From assembly GCF_003019035.1 (NCBI RefSeq), contig NZ_CP027447.1: a DNA stretch of 64,000 bases; one strand, written 5' to 3'. This stretch comes from Escherichia coli. Lineage in GTDB: Bacteria; Pseudomonadota; Gammaproteobacteria; Enterobacterales; Enterobacteriaceae. Of the stretch, positions 1 to 11,254 are shown one piece after another. Both the position numbers and the translations under genes were made by a program. Under the pieces are notes generated by a model, which made no database searches, was not told the origin of the DNA, and saw nothing but the letters and a program-made list of their open reading frames with translations. How positions within the stretch are numbered: the first letter of the stretch is position 1; every line of letters begins with the position of its first letter.

Positions 1-461
1 AACTGCCTGACGCAGAACTGCCGGACATCAACCCAGCAGATTTGCGCATTGATACTTTCCGCTCGTCAGGGGCGGGGGGGCAGCACGTTAACACCACCGA
101 TTCGGCAATTCGTATTACTCACTTGCCGACCGGAATTGTTGTTGAATGTCAGGACGAACGTTCACAACATAAAAACAAAGCTAAAGCACTTTCTGTACTC
201 GGTGCTCGTATCCACGCTGCTGAAATGGCAAAACGGCAACAGGCCGAAGCGTCTACCCGTCGTAACCTGCTGGGGAGTGGCGATCGCAGCGACCGTAACC
301 GTACTTACAACTTCCCGCAGGGGCGCGTTACCGATCACCGCATCAACCTGACGCTCTACCGCCTGGATGAAGTGATGGAAGGTAAGCTGGATATGCTAAT
401 TGAACCGATTATCCAGGAACATCAGGCCGACCAACTGGCGGCGTTGTCCGAGCAGGAATAA
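1..461 (+). CDS. prfA: peptide chain release factor 1, C-terminal part (5' end lies outside window)
   Basis: Open frame from window edge to stop at 461; translation contains the GGQ motif ([24 protein letters not shown]) of class I release factors; followed by prmC with 1-nt overlap as in enterobacteria. Confidence 0.93.
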
Positions 462-1294
462 TGGAATATCAACACTGGTTACGTGAAGCAATAAGCCAAC
501 TTCAGGCGAGCGAAAGCCCGCGGCGTGATGCTGAAATCCTGCTGGCGCATGTTACCGGCAAAGGGCGTACTTTTATTCTCGCCTTTGGTGAAACGCAGCT
601 GACTGACGAACAATGTCAGCAACTTGATGCGCTACTGACGCGTCGTCGCGATGGTGAACCTATTGCTCATTTAACCGGGGTGCGAGAATTCTGGTCGCTG
701 CCGTTATTTGTTTCGCCAGCGACCTTAATTCCGCGCCCGGATACGGAGTGTCTGGTGGAGCAGGCACTGGCGCGGTTGCCTGAACAGCCTTGCCGTATTC
801 TCGATCTCGGGACGGGTACCGGGGCGATTGCGCTGGCGCTGGCTAGCGAGCGCCCGGACTGCGAAATTACCGCTGTAGATTGTATGCCTGATGCTGTCTC
901 TCTGGCGCAACGTAATGCCCAGAATCTGGCGATCAAAAATATCCACATTCTGCAAAGTGACTGGTTTAGCGCGCTAGCCGGGCAGCAGTTTGCGATGATT
1001 GTCAGCAATCCGCCGTATATTGACGAGCAGGACCCACATCTTCAACAAGGCGATGTCCGCTTTGAGCCGCTCACTGCACTGGTTGCGGCTGACAGTGGAA
1101 TGGCCGACATCGTGCATATCATCGAACAGTCGCGTAACGCGCTGGTATCCGGCGGCTTTCTGCTTCTGGAACATGGCTGGCAGCAGGGCGAAGCGGTGCG
1201 ACAGGCATTTATCCACGCGGGATATCATGACGTCGAAACCTGTCGGGACTATGGTGATAACGAGCGCGTAACGCTCGGCCGCTATTATCAATGA
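461..1294 (+). CDS. prmC: release factor glutamine N5-methyltransferase (PrmC/HemK)
   Basis: 277-aa ORF; SAM-methyltransferase GxGxG (LDLGTGTGAI) and NPPY motif (VSNPPYI); ATG overlaps prfA stop. Confidence 0.95.
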   Translation: MEYQHWLREAISQLQASESPRRDAEILLAHVTGKGRTFILAFGETQLTDEQCQQLDALLTRRRDGEPIAHLTGVREFWSLPLFVSPATLIPRPDTECLVEQALARLPEQPCRILDLGTGTGAIALALASERPDCEITAVDCMPDAVSLAQRNAQNLAIKNIHILQSDWFSALAGQQFAMIVSNPPYIDEQDPHLQQGDVRFEPLTALVAADSGMADIVHIIEQSRNALVSGGFLLLEHGWQQGEAVRQAFIHAGYHDVETCRDYGDNERVTLGRYYQ

Positions 1295-1683
1295 CAAGTT
1301 TTTCTACACTGCTTAGCGTTCATCTCATTAGCATTGCGCTTTCTGTAGGGCTATTAACCTTACGTTTCTGGCTACGTTATCAGAAACATCCACAGGCTTT
1401 TGCTCGTTGGACGCGCATTGTGCCGCCGGTTGTCGATACGCTGTTATTGTTAAGCGGCATTGCGTTGATGGCTAAAGCGCACATCCTGCCATTTTCCGGG
1501 CAGGCACAGTGGCTGACTGAAAAGCTGTTTGGAGTTATCATTTATATCGTTTTGGGTTTTATTGCACTCGATTATCGTCGTATGCACAGTCAGCAGGCGC
1601 GCATTATTGCCTTCCCGCTGGCGTTGGTGGTGCTGTACATCATCATTAAACTCGCCACCACAAAAGTACCGTTACTGGGGTAA
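1291..1683 (+). CDS. ychQ: small inner-membrane protein SirB2/YchQ family
   Basis: 130-aa hydrophobic ORF overlapping prmC stop by 4 nt; conserved position after prmC. Confidence 0.85.
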   Translation: MTSFSTLLSVHLISIALSVGLLTLRFWLRYQKHPQAFARWTRIVPPVVDTLLLLSGIALMAKAHILPFSGQAQWLTEKLFGVIIYIVLGFIALDYRRMHSQQARIIAFPLALVVLYIIIKLATTKVPLLG

Positions 1684-1686
1684 GTC

Positions 1687-2496
1687 ATGAGATCGTTAGC
1701 TGATTTCGAATTTAATAAAGCGCCATTGTGCGAAGGCATGATCCTGGCTTGCGAAGCAATCCGCCGCGATTTTCCCTCGCAAGATGTTTACGACGAACTG
1801 GAGCGTCTCGTTAGTCTGGCGAAGGAAGAAATCAGCCAGCTTCTGCCTTTAGAAGAACAGCTGGAAAAACTGATCGCGCTGTTTTACGGCGACTGGGGAT
1901 TTAAAGCCTCACGCGGCGTTTATCGTCTTTCCGATGCATTATGGCTGGACCAGGTGTTAAAGAATCGACAGGGCAGTGCGGTATCATTAGGTGCCGTTTT
2001 ATTATGGGTCGCGAATCGTCTCGATTTGCCGCTGCTGCCGGTGATTTTCCCTACGCAGCTGATATTGCGCATTGAATGTCCGGATGGCGAAATTTGGCTG
2101 ATTAATCCTTTTAACGGTGAATCGTTAAGTGAACATATGCTGGATGTGTGGTTAAAGGGAAATATCAGCCCGTCGGCGGAACTGTTTTATGAAGACCTTG
2201 ATGAAGCTGATAACATTGAGGTAATCCGCAAATTGCTGGATACACTCAAAGCCTCGTTGATGGAAGAAAATCAGATGGAGCTGGCGCTACGTACCAGCGA
2301 AGCTTTATTACAATTTAACCCGGAAGATCCCTATGAAATTCGCGATCGCGGGTTGATTTATGCGCAACTGGATTGCGAACACGTTGCGTTGAACGATTTA
2401 AGTTATTTCGTTGAACAGTGTCCGGAAGACCCGATCAGCGAAATGATCCGTGCGCAAATAAATAACATCGCGCATAAACATATTGTGCTGCATTAA
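1687..2496 (+). CDS. ychA: SirB1/YchA family protein (transglutaminase-like/TPR)
   Basis: 269-aa ORF directly after ychQ; conserved synteny prfA-prmC-ychQ-ychA-kdsA. Confidence 0.85.
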   Translation: MRSLADFEFNKAPLCEGMILACEAIRRDFPSQDVYDELERLVSLAKEEISQLLPLEEQLEKLIALFYGDWGFKASRGVYRLSDALWLDQVLKNRQGSAVSLGAVLLWVANRLDLPLLPVIFPTQLILRIECPDGEIWLINPFNGESLSEHMLDVWLKGNISPSAELFYEDLDEADNIEVIRKLLDTLKASLMEENQMELALRTSEALLQFNPEDPYEIRDRGLIYAQLDCEHVALNDLSYFVEQCPEDPISEMIRAQINNIAHKHIVLH

Positions 2497-2522
2497 TTAA
2501 TCGACATTTTACTCAAGATTAA

Positions 2523-3386
<864 letters not shown>

Positions 3387-3408
3387 TCTTTTTTGCTTGA
3401 AAAATAAA

Positions 3409-3438
3409 GTCTTAGCGTTCTGCGTTAAGACTTTTTTC
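3409..3438 (+). terminator. rho-independent terminator downstream of kdsA
   Basis: 9-bp stem GTCTTAGCG/CGTTAAGAC (one G-U) with 5-nt loop followed by TTTTTT. Confidence 0.7.
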
Positions 3439-3452
3439 ATGGGTGCCGGATA

Positions 3453-3485
3453 CAAAAAAGGCCGCAGGCTATTACCCCTGCGGCC
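3453..3485 (-). terminator. rho-independent terminator of ldr mRNA
   Basis: Perfect 8-9 bp stem GGCCGCAGG/CCTGCGGCC followed on the minus strand by a T-run (A-run 3453-3459 on plus); lies ~50 nt downstream of the ldr stop. Confidence 0.65.
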
Positions 3486-3534
3486 GGTTTCGGGCGCATA
3501 TTGCCATCACGGCAGCCTGACGCCCGTTTTCACC

Positions 3535-3642
3535 TTACTTCCGGTTACGCCACCAGCTGACAATCGCTGCGGTAATAATTCCCGCCAGGATCGGTGCTGC
3601 CAGGTCGTACCAGAAAGTCATGGCAAACTGCGTGAGCGTCAT
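3535..3642 (-). CDS. ldr: Ldr-family type I toxin peptide (35 aa)
   Basis: Hand translation of minus strand: MTLTQFAMTFWYDLAAPILAGIITAAIVSWWRNRK*; matches the LdrA/B/C small hydrophobic toxin; located between kdsA and chaA where ldr/rdl copies reside in E. coli; not in ORF track because under 60 aa. Confidence 0.85.
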   Translation of the reverse strand: MTLTQFAMTFWYDLAAPILAGIITAAIVSWWRNRK

Positions 3643-3689
3643 ATAGCCGCCTTGTTGTAATGACAACATTTTGCGGCTATTCTTGAATT

Positions 3690-3758
3690 GTTCTGGTTCA
3701 AGATTAGCCCCCGTTCTGTTGTCAGGTTGTACCTCTCAACGTGCGGGGGTTTTCTCTT
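3690..3758 (+). ncRNA. rdl: putative Rdl antisense RNA of the ldr locus (boundaries approximate)
   Basis: Plus-strand hairpin CCCCCG...CGGGGG followed by TTTTCTCTTTCC at about 3708-3760, antisense to the ldr 5' leader; position and size consistent with known ~66-nt Rdl RNAs; 5' end not determined. Confidence 0.4.
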
Positions 3759-4046
3759 TCCAGCAACCAATGCCACCAGGGATAAAGCCCCCGCAACATT
3801 GCGCCTCACCGGATAACTCCGGCTTGGTGTGGATACTACGTCTCAATTCATCTTCACTTCATCCCTGAAATGTTTGCAATGAAGAGTACATTCCGGCTTT
3901 TCAACAGCTGTTGCAGTGGTTTCGTGCAGGTTGTGGTACAGGCTCGCAATTCTGATTAACGACCTGTTCAGGTAGTATGAAGAAATACAATAAGCAGGAA
4001 TTTATATTATCTCCCCCGATTTTCGTCATCGGAGGAGATATAACTG

Positions 4047-5147
4047 TCAGGCAAATATCGTCATCAAATAGGCGGCAAACAGTGCCAGATGCGCTGCGCC
4101 ATTGAGCACGTTAGTACGTCCGGTGGAGAAGGAGATATGGCACAGCACTAAAGAGGCCACCATCACCACCATTTCTGGCGCACCAAGTGCAAACTGCAAT
4201 TCGTTACCCGTCATAAAGGCAATTAGCGTGACGACAGGTACGGTAAGCGAAATGGTTGCTAACACTGAACCAAAGAACAGATTCATCGCGCGCTGGACCT
4301 GGTTGTTCAACACTGCTTTTAACGCACCTAAACCTTCCGGCGACAGAATCAACAGAGCCACCAGGAAGCCAGTAAAGGCGACAGGGGCATTCATGCTGTC
4401 GAGCAATGTCTCCAGCGGGCTGGCGTTCATTTTGGTGACTGCAATAACGGCAATCAGATGGATAATCAACCAGATAGCATGCCACAGGCTGCTATGGGCA
4501 GACGGTTTACCGTGGTGCGGGTCGTCATCATCACTGTCATCTTCGTGCTCGTAGACAAACAAACTTTGATGCGTTTTGGTCTGGATCAGCAAAAATACGC
4601 CATACATTGCCGCAGAAATTAATGCTACCAGTAACGCCTGACCGGTTGAAAAATTCGCCGCAGGCAGAGCCATTGGAAATACCAGTACGATTATCGCCAG
4701 GGGGAACAGCGCAATTAAATACTGCTTGATACCAAACAGATTCATATATTGGGTGGCAAACTTGCGTCCGCCCAACAATAATGAAAAGCCAACCAGCCCA
4801 CCGGTAACAATCATAATGATTGAATAGAGCGTATCACGCATTAGCGTTGGCGCGGCGTCGCCGGTTGCCATTAAAGCTGAAATCAAACTGACTTCAAGAA
4901 TAACCACTGAAAGGCTAAGAATAAGCGAACCGTAAGGTTCTCCCAGGCGATGGGCTAATACGTCCGCATGACGGACAACACTAAAGGCGCTACTTAAAAT
5001 ACCAATAAGAGCAAGAAGATTGATGGCAATGACCACTGGTAGTGTCTGGCTGCTTCCCCACAGGAACAGCACTACCAGCGCCAGAACCGGGAAAATAAGC
5101 GAAGTCTCCTTGTGGCGGGTTTTTACCGCCTCTTGAGCATTTGACAT
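4047..5147 (-). CDS. chaA: Na+(K+)/H+ / Ca2+/H+ antiporter ChaA
   Basis: ORF track 4047..5234 trimmed to ATG at 5147 (MSNAQEAVKTRHKETSLIFPVLALVVLFLWG...), giving 366 aa; polytopic membrane protein with acidic DDSDDDD loop. Confidence 0.93.
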   Translation of the reverse strand: MSNAQEAVKTRHKETSLIFPVLALVVLFLWGSSQTLPVVIAINLLALIGILSSAFSVVRHADVLAHRLGEPYGSLILSLSVVILEVSLISALMATGDAAPTLMRDTLYSIIMIVTGGLVGFSLLLGGRKFATQYMNLFGIKQYLIALFPLAIIVLVFPMALPAANFSTGQALLVALISAAMYGVFLLIQTKTHQSLFVYEHEDDSDDDDPHHGKPSAHSSLWHAIWLIIHLIAVIAVTKMNASPLETLLDSMNAPVAFTGFLVALLILSPEGLGALKAVLNNQVQRAMNLFFGSVLATISLTVPVVTLIAFMTGNELQFALGAPEMVVMVASLVLCHISFSTGRTNVLNGAAHLALFAAYLMTIFA

Positions 5148-5416
5148 TATGGTTATCCCTTTGCAGATGAATTTATCGAAAATGTAAAAAATAGGTAGGA
5201 AAAATAACAGAAAGTGTCTGGATATCGGTAACATTTTACGAATTTTTACCCCGCTGTCGATTTTTTACTCATCGGGCCATAAAAATAAGCAATGCGTTTA
5301 GACAATGTTTGTTTTAGCACTTCTTAAGAAGAGTCTGACATGAAAATTCTTATGTTTTGGCAAGAGTAGATGTTGTTGACCACACTTAATGTTCAACTTT
5401 GTAAAAGGAGTCAACG

Positions 5417-5647
5417 ATGCCGTATAAAACGAAAAGCGATCTGCCGGAAAGCGTAAAGCACGTGCTTCCGTCTCATGCCCAGGATATCTATAAAGAAGCG
5501 TTCAACAGCGCATGGGATCAATATAAAGATAAAGAAGATCGGCGTGATGACGCCAGTCGCGAAGAAACAGCGCATAAAGTGACCTGGGCTGCTGTGAAGC
5601 ATGAATATGCCAAAGGGGATGATGATAAATGGCATAAAAAATCGTAA
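5417..5647 (+). CDS. chaB: cation transport regulator ChaB
   Basis: 76-aa ORF MPYKTKSDLPESVKHVLPSHAQDIYKEAF...; divergent from chaA. Confidence 0.9.
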   Translation: MPYKTKSDLPESVKHVLPSHAQDIYKEAFNSAWDQYKDKEDRRDDASREETAHKVTWAAVKHEYAKGDDDKWHKKS

Positions 5648-5804
5648 AACCGGTAGCTTAGTTAAAGCTATTCGTGCGGTGTTGCCTTGCAAGTGGTCCG
5701 TGGATTGCATATTGTCCCGTTAGTGGTTTCAAAATGAGCAGTAAAAATGTCCGGAAGACACCAAAAAGTTGTCGCAGGGAAGTATGCAGTGGCGGAGGTG
5801 TAAG

Positions 5805-6500
5805 GTGATAACGCGTGATTTCTTGATGAATGCCGATTGTAAAACGGCATTTGGTGCCATTGAAGAATCACTCTTATGGTCAGCAGAACAACGGGCGGCT
5901 TCGCTGGCGGCGACGCTGGCTTGTCGACCTGATGAGGGACCGGTGTGGATCTTCGGTTATGGATCGTTGATGTGGAATCCGGCACTGGAGTTTACCGAGT
6001 CGTGCACCGGTACACTGGTTGGATGGCATCGCGCGTTTTGCCTGCGTCTGACCGCCGGGCGCGGGACTGCGCACCAGCCGGGACGAATGCTTGCACTGAA
6101 AGAGGGCGGACGCACCACAGGCGTCGCCTATCGACTGCCAGAAGAGACGCTGGAGCAGGAACTAACCCTGTTGTGGAAGCGCGAGATGATTACCGGCTGT
6201 TATCTGCCAACCTGGTGTCAGCTTGATCTTGATAATGGACGCACAGTAAACGCCATTGTGTTTATTATGGACCCGCGACATCCAGAATATGAATCTGACA
6301 CTCGCGCTCAGGTCATCGCGCCGTTGATTGCGGCGGCGAGCGGTCCGCTGGGAACCAATGCACAATACCTGTTTTCACTGGAACAGGAGCTTATCAAACT
6401 GGGAATGCAGGACGATGGGCTGAATGATTTGCTGGTATCGGTAAAAAAACTGCTGGCGGAGAATTATCCGGATGCTGTGTTACGGCCGGGATTCGCCTGA
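5805..6500 (+). CDS. chaC: glutathione-specific gamma-glutamyl cyclotransferase ChaC
   Basis: ORF track 5769..6500; ChaC-like sequence (VWIFGYGSLMWNP motif); start ambiguous among TTG 5769, ATG 5784 and GTG 5805. Confidence 0.88.
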   Translation: MITRDFLMNADCKTAFGAIEESLLWSAEQRAASLAATLACRPDEGPVWIFGYGSLMWNPALEFTESCTGTLVGWHRAFCLRLTAGRGTAHQPGRMLALKEGGRTTGVAYRLPEETLEQELTLLWKREMITGCYLPTWCQLDLDNGRTVNAIVFIMDPRHPEYESDTRAQVIAPLIAAASGPLGTNAQYLFSLEQELIKLGMQDDGLNDLLVSVKKLLAENYPDAVLRPGFA

Positions 6501-6543
6501 GTAAACTTCCCTCATAGTGGGGCGTCAGACGCCCCCTCAAACA

Positions 6544-6897
6544 TTAAAATGTGAGCACTTTATCGGCTGACAGCGTCCATTGCGCCAGTTCCACAAGAGT
6601 ACTGATTTCCACCCCATCAATCAGAGGAAGTGTGCTAATCCCGCGTCCGTCAGTACAGGTTTTGCACAATTTCACCGGTACATTCTGAGCGGTAAGGATC
6701 TCCAGCATTTGCTGAATGTTGTAGCCTTCCCCTGGTTTTTGCCCGCGCAACCCGGCTGTGACCGCATCAGACATCAGGAACAGACGCAGATCCAGATTGC
6801 TCTCCTGCTCTCGTAACGCAATGGCCAGCCGCAAGCTGTTAAACAAGGATTCGCTCCCGTAAGGTGCGCCATTGGCAACGATCACGATTTTTTGCAT
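6544..6897 (-). CDS. ychN: DsrE/DsrF-like family protein YchN
   Basis: 117-aa ORF MQKIVIVANGAPYGSESLFNSLRLAIAL... Confidence 0.88.
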   Translation of the reverse strand: MQKIVIVANGAPYGSESLFNSLRLAIALREQESNLDLRLFLMSDAVTAGLRGQKPGEGYNIQQMLEILTAQNVPVKLCKTCTDGRGISTLPLIDGVEISTLVELAQWTLSADKVLTF

Positions 6898-6945
6898 TAT
6901 TTACTCCTGTATTCAGGGAATTAGACACTCATCTTCTATCTTACC

Positions 6946-7072
<127 letters not shown>

Positions 7073-7081
7073 ACCGACGTT

Positions 7082-8476
7082 TTGAGCCGTTTCGTTCCTC
7101 GCATTATTCCGTTTTATTTACTCTTGCTGGCGGCAGGCGGTACAGCTAACGCACAATCTACCTTCGAGCAAAAAGCGGCAAATCCCTTTGATAATAGCAA
7201 TGATGGTCTGCCGGATTTAGGCATGGCACCTGAAAATCATGATGGGGAAAAACACTTTGCTGAAATTGTGAAAGATTTCGGCGAAACCAGTATGAATGAT
7301 AACGGGCTGGATACTGGCGAGCAGGCAAAAGCTTTCGCATTGGGAAAAGTCCGCGATGCGCTTAGTCAACAGGTTAATCAGCACGTAGAGTCCTGGCTAT
7401 CACCGTGGGGAAATGCCAGTGTTGACGTCAAAGTGGATAACGAAGGACATTTCACCGGCAGTCGTGGAAGCTGGTTTGTGCCGTTACAAGATAATGATCG
7501 TTATCTCACCTGGAGCCAGCTTGGTCTTACTCAGCAGGATGATGGGCTGGTGAGCAATGTGGGCGTTGGGCAACGCTGGGCGCGCGGCAGCTGGCTGGTG
7601 GGTTATAACACTTTTTATGACAACTTGCTGGACGAAAATCTTCAGCGAGCGGGCTTTGGCGCTGAAGCGTGGGGCGAATATTTGCGACTATCGGCAAACT
7701 TTTATCAGCCGTTTGCTGCATGGCATGAACAGACAGCCACGCAGGAACAACGGATGGCGCGCGGGTACGACCTGACAGCCCGGATGCGCATGCCGTTCTA
7801 TCAACACCTCAATACCAGTGTCAGCGTAGAACAGTATTTTGGTGATCGTGTCGATTTGTTTAACTCTGGTACGGGTTATCACAATCCCGTCGCGTTGAGT
7901 CTGGGATTAAATTACACCCCTGTGCCCTTAGTCACTGTGACGGCCCAGCATAAACAGGGTGAAAGTGGCGAGAATCAAAATAACCTCGGGCTGAATCTTA
8001 ACTACCGCTTTGGTGTACCGCTCAAAAAACAACTTTCTGCGGGCGAAGTTGCCGAAAGTCAGTCGTTACGTGGTAGTCGCTATGACAATCCGCAGCGAAA
8101 TAATCTTCCGACTCTTGAGTACCGACAGCGAAAAACCCTAACGGTGTTTCTGGCGACACCGCCGTGGGATCTAAAACCTGGCGAAACAGTGCCGCTGAAA
8201 TTACAAATCCGCAGTCGTTACGGTATTCGGCAACTGATTTGGCAGGGCGATACGCAGATATTAAGTTTGACGCCGGGCGCACAAGCCAACAGCGTGGAGG
8301 GCTGGACGCTGATCATGCCTGACTGGCAGAACGGGGAAGGGGCGAGCAATCACTGGCGATTGTCGGTGGTGGTGGAAGATAACCAGGGGCAGCGTGTCTC
8401 CTCCAATGAGATCACGCTAACGCTTGTCGAACCGTTCGATGCATTGTCAAACGACGAACTGCGCTGGGAACCGTAA
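7082..8476 (+). CDS. ychO: invasin/intimin-family outer-membrane beta-barrel protein YchO
   Basis: 464-aa ORF with N-terminal signal peptide (LLLLAAGGTANAQ) and C-terminal Ig-like region; TTG start at 7082 is uncertain. Confidence 0.8.
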   Translation: MSRFVPRIIPFYLLLLAAGGTANAQSTFEQKAANPFDNSNDGLPDLGMAPENHDGEKHFAEIVKDFGETSMNDNGLDTGEQAKAFALGKVRDALSQQVNQHVESWLSPWGNASVDVKVDNEGHFTGSRGSWFVPLQDNDRYLTWSQLGLTQQDDGLVSNVGVGQRWARGSWLVGYNTFYDNLLDENLQRAGFGAEAWGEYLRLSANFYQPFAAWHEQTATQEQRMARGYDLTARMRMPFYQHLNTSVSVEQYFGDRVDLFNSGTGYHNPVALSLGLNYTPVPLVTVTAQHKQGESGENQNNLGLNLNYRFGVPLKKQLSAGEVAESQSLRGSRYDNPQRNNLPTLEYRQRKTLTVFLATPPWDLKPGETVPLKLQIRSRYGIRQLIWQGDTQILSLTPGAQANSVEGWTLIMPDWQNGEGASNHWRLSVVVEDNQGQRVSSNEITLTLVEPFDALSNDELRWEP

Positions 8477-9127
8477 TCAGAAAATGCGCTCCTGATGCAC
8501 CCATACCGCTGCTTCCACGCGAGACTTGAGCTTCATTTTCTTCAGCATGTGCTTGACGTGCACTTTTACTGTGCTTTCGGTGATATCCAGGCGGCGGGCA
8601 ATCATCTTGTTCGGCAAACCCTGGGCAATCAGCTTGAGAATATCGCGCTCGCGTGGGGTTAACTGGTTAACGTCGCGCTCAGTAGTGGCACGGTTTGCGC
8701 GCAAGCTGGCGGCCAGAACAGGCGTTAATGCTTCGCTTAATACCATTTCGCCAGCAGCTGCCTGATGCAATGCTTTCAGCAGATCTTCCGGTTCCATATC
8801 TTTTAACAGATAGCCATCCGCGCCGCGTTTCAGTGCGGTGACCACATCTTCTTCATGGTTAGAGACGCTGAATACCACAATGCGCCCTGAGAGGGACTTT
8901 TCGCGGAGTTTATCCAGCGTTTCCAGACCATTCATGCCGGGCATATTGAGATCTAACAGGATCAGATCGGGATCAAGAGATTCCGCCAGTTCAATACCCT
9001 GTTCGCCATTACTCGCTTCGCCAACCACGGTGATATCTGGTGCCATACTGATAAGCTGTTTTACGCCAGTTCGCAGCATCGGGTGATCGTCGATCAGCAG
9101 GATAGTAGCCGGTTCCTGATTACTCAT
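8477..9127 (-). CDS. narL: nitrate/nitrite response regulator NarL
   Basis: ORF track 8477..9241 trimmed to ATG 9127 ([21 protein letters not shown]...), 216 aa; receiver domain plus LuxR-type HTH; start overlaps narX stop. Confidence 0.95.
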
Positions 9128-10916
9128 GGGTATCTCCTTGGACGTCTGTGAAAGTTTTTTCGGGAATAAAGGTGACAACCACTTCGGTGCCACCTGATTC
9201 ACGACGGCGGACGCGGCAATCGCCTCGTAAACTTTGCGCACGGTCGCGCATTATTATCATGCCGTAGTGATTGCTGCGGATGGCATTTTCAGGCACGCCG
9301 CAGCCGTTATCCTGGACGGTCAGTTTGACCTGATTATCGTTTTGCGCCACCGTCACCACGACCTCACTCGCTTGCGAATGTTTGAGGGCGTTACTTAATG
9401 CCTCACGGGCAATTTGCAACAAGTGGATTGCCTGATGCGAAGGCACCAGACGAGGCGGCAATTGATAATCCAGCTTCACCGGGAAGCCAAATTTGGCGCT
9501 GTACTCTTCGCAACTCGCCTCCAGCGCCGGACGTAATCCAGGCTCGGTGAGCTGCAAGCGGAATGTGGTGAGCAATTCACGCAACTGCGCCCAGGATGCA
9601 TTCAGTTCGTTACGGATCTGACTTAACAGTTCGCGGCTGCTTTCTGGCAGCGCATCGCCCTGCATCTGTAAACAACTCACCTGCATCTTCATGCAAGAGA
9701 GAGATTGGGCAATAGAATCATGCAGTTCGCGCGCAATGGTGGCACGCTCTTCCATCACGATCAACTGTTGCTGACGTTCCTGATGCCGATCCAGCGCCAG
9801 CGTGGCGGTGAGTTGTTCAACCAGGGTATCCACCAGTTGTTGTTGATCATGGCTAAGATGACGCCCCTGCGGCAGGGTCGCCAGCAAAATACCGTACTGC
9901 GTATGAGAGTCAGCCAGCCGCCACTTCAGGGTTGTGCCGCGATCGCCAACGGGTAATATGCCGCGCGGGCAGAGCTGGCAGCCTTTATCATCACAAGTCA
10001 TATCTGGCTGGCAGGTAAACTCCTGATGATTCTCTTCATCATCAGTGTCATACACCCGCAGTTCGATATCACGTAGCAGGGTTAAATTCTGTAAGCCGTT
10101 GAGTACCGGTGACAGGCGTTCACACAGCGGGGCGCGGGAATGCAAACGGCGGTTAGCCTGCCATAAAAAAGAGAGGATCTGATTTTTATGCTCCAGCCCG
10201 GCAGTTTTCTCCTGAACCCGCTGCTCAAGTACGGCATAACTTTCGGCCAGTTCTGCAGACATATTGTTCAATGCAGTTCCAAGCATCGCCATTTCGTTGC
10301 GCCCGCTGATGTTTGCGCGTTGGGTAAAATCGCGATGGCTGACGGCACTCGCCATTGCCAGCAGTTGCCGCCACGGTTGTAGCAGTCGCGCCCGCAACCA
10401 GATAATAGTGAACACCAGTAAAAGTGCCATAAATACCGCCATTACCCGATGGACCAGAACCACTGTTTCAATGCGCATTTCCGTGGTGCGGTCAAAACCA
10501 GATACCAGCTGATCAAGCCCGGCAACAAACTGGCTGACATCCGCTGACACCGTTTCGCGGTTTTGTGCACGCATCAGCGCAGGGATCAGTTCATTACGCC
10601 AGTAATCTTGTAAACCCTGTAATTGCGCCAGTTGTCCGTCTCGTTCCGCTGCTCGAGTCAACTCGGCGCTAAATGCCGTTTGTTCCATTTCTTTAATTAA
10701 GGGCTTGTCTTTCTCGCTTAATGGCACTGCCGCCAACAGACGGTAACTTTGCATGCGCAGCGATCCCGCTTTGTTGATCGCATGGGCGCTGCCCTGAACG
10801 CCTTGCACTAGCCAGCCAGAAACTGCCATCCCTGCCAGTCCAATAGCAGTAGAAAGCAACACAATAAGCGCAACCTGATTAACCAGGGTGAGCGGAGAGA
10901 GACAACGTTTAAGCAT
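9120..10916 (-). CDS. narX: nitrate/nitrite sensor histidine kinase NarX
   Basis: 598-aa ORF with two TM segments, HAMP region, H-box (ELHDSIAQ) and ATPase domain; immediately upstream of narL. Confidence 0.95.
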
Positions 10917-11181
10917 GTAAACCTCTTCCTTCAGGCTTTAAATGAGCAATAACCTTAATGAATGTGACGATACATTCTGGAATGGCAGTATTCTCGGCTA
11001 TTGGCTGAAGTATACCCATACCCGGAAAGAGTTACTCCTTATTTGCCGCGTGGTTAGTCGCTTTACATCGGTAAGGGTAGGGATTTTACAGCACTGTGAA
11101 AAATCTCATAATTTTTATGAAATCACTGTACTCACTATGGGTAATGATAAATATCAATGATAGATAAAGTTATCTTATCGT

Positions 11182-11195
11182 TTGATTTACATCAA
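11182..11195 (+). promoter_or_regulatory. FNR-type site (TTGAT-N4-ATCAA) in narK promoter
   Basis: Sequence TTGATTTACATCAA centred ~66 nt upstream of narK ATG, consistent with a class II FNR-activated promoter. Confidence 0.6.
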
Positions 11196-11254
11196 ATTGC
11201 CTTTAGCTACAGACACTAAGGTGGCAGACATCGAAACGAGTATCAGAGGTGTCT

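Noticed and set aside
3397-3868. Plus-strand ORFs 3397..3660 and 3671..3868 in the kdsA-chaA gap
   Set aside because: They overlap the ldr toxin gene, its terminator and the putative rdl antisense RNA; the interval is better explained by the ldr/rdl type I toxin-antitoxin locus than by these frames.
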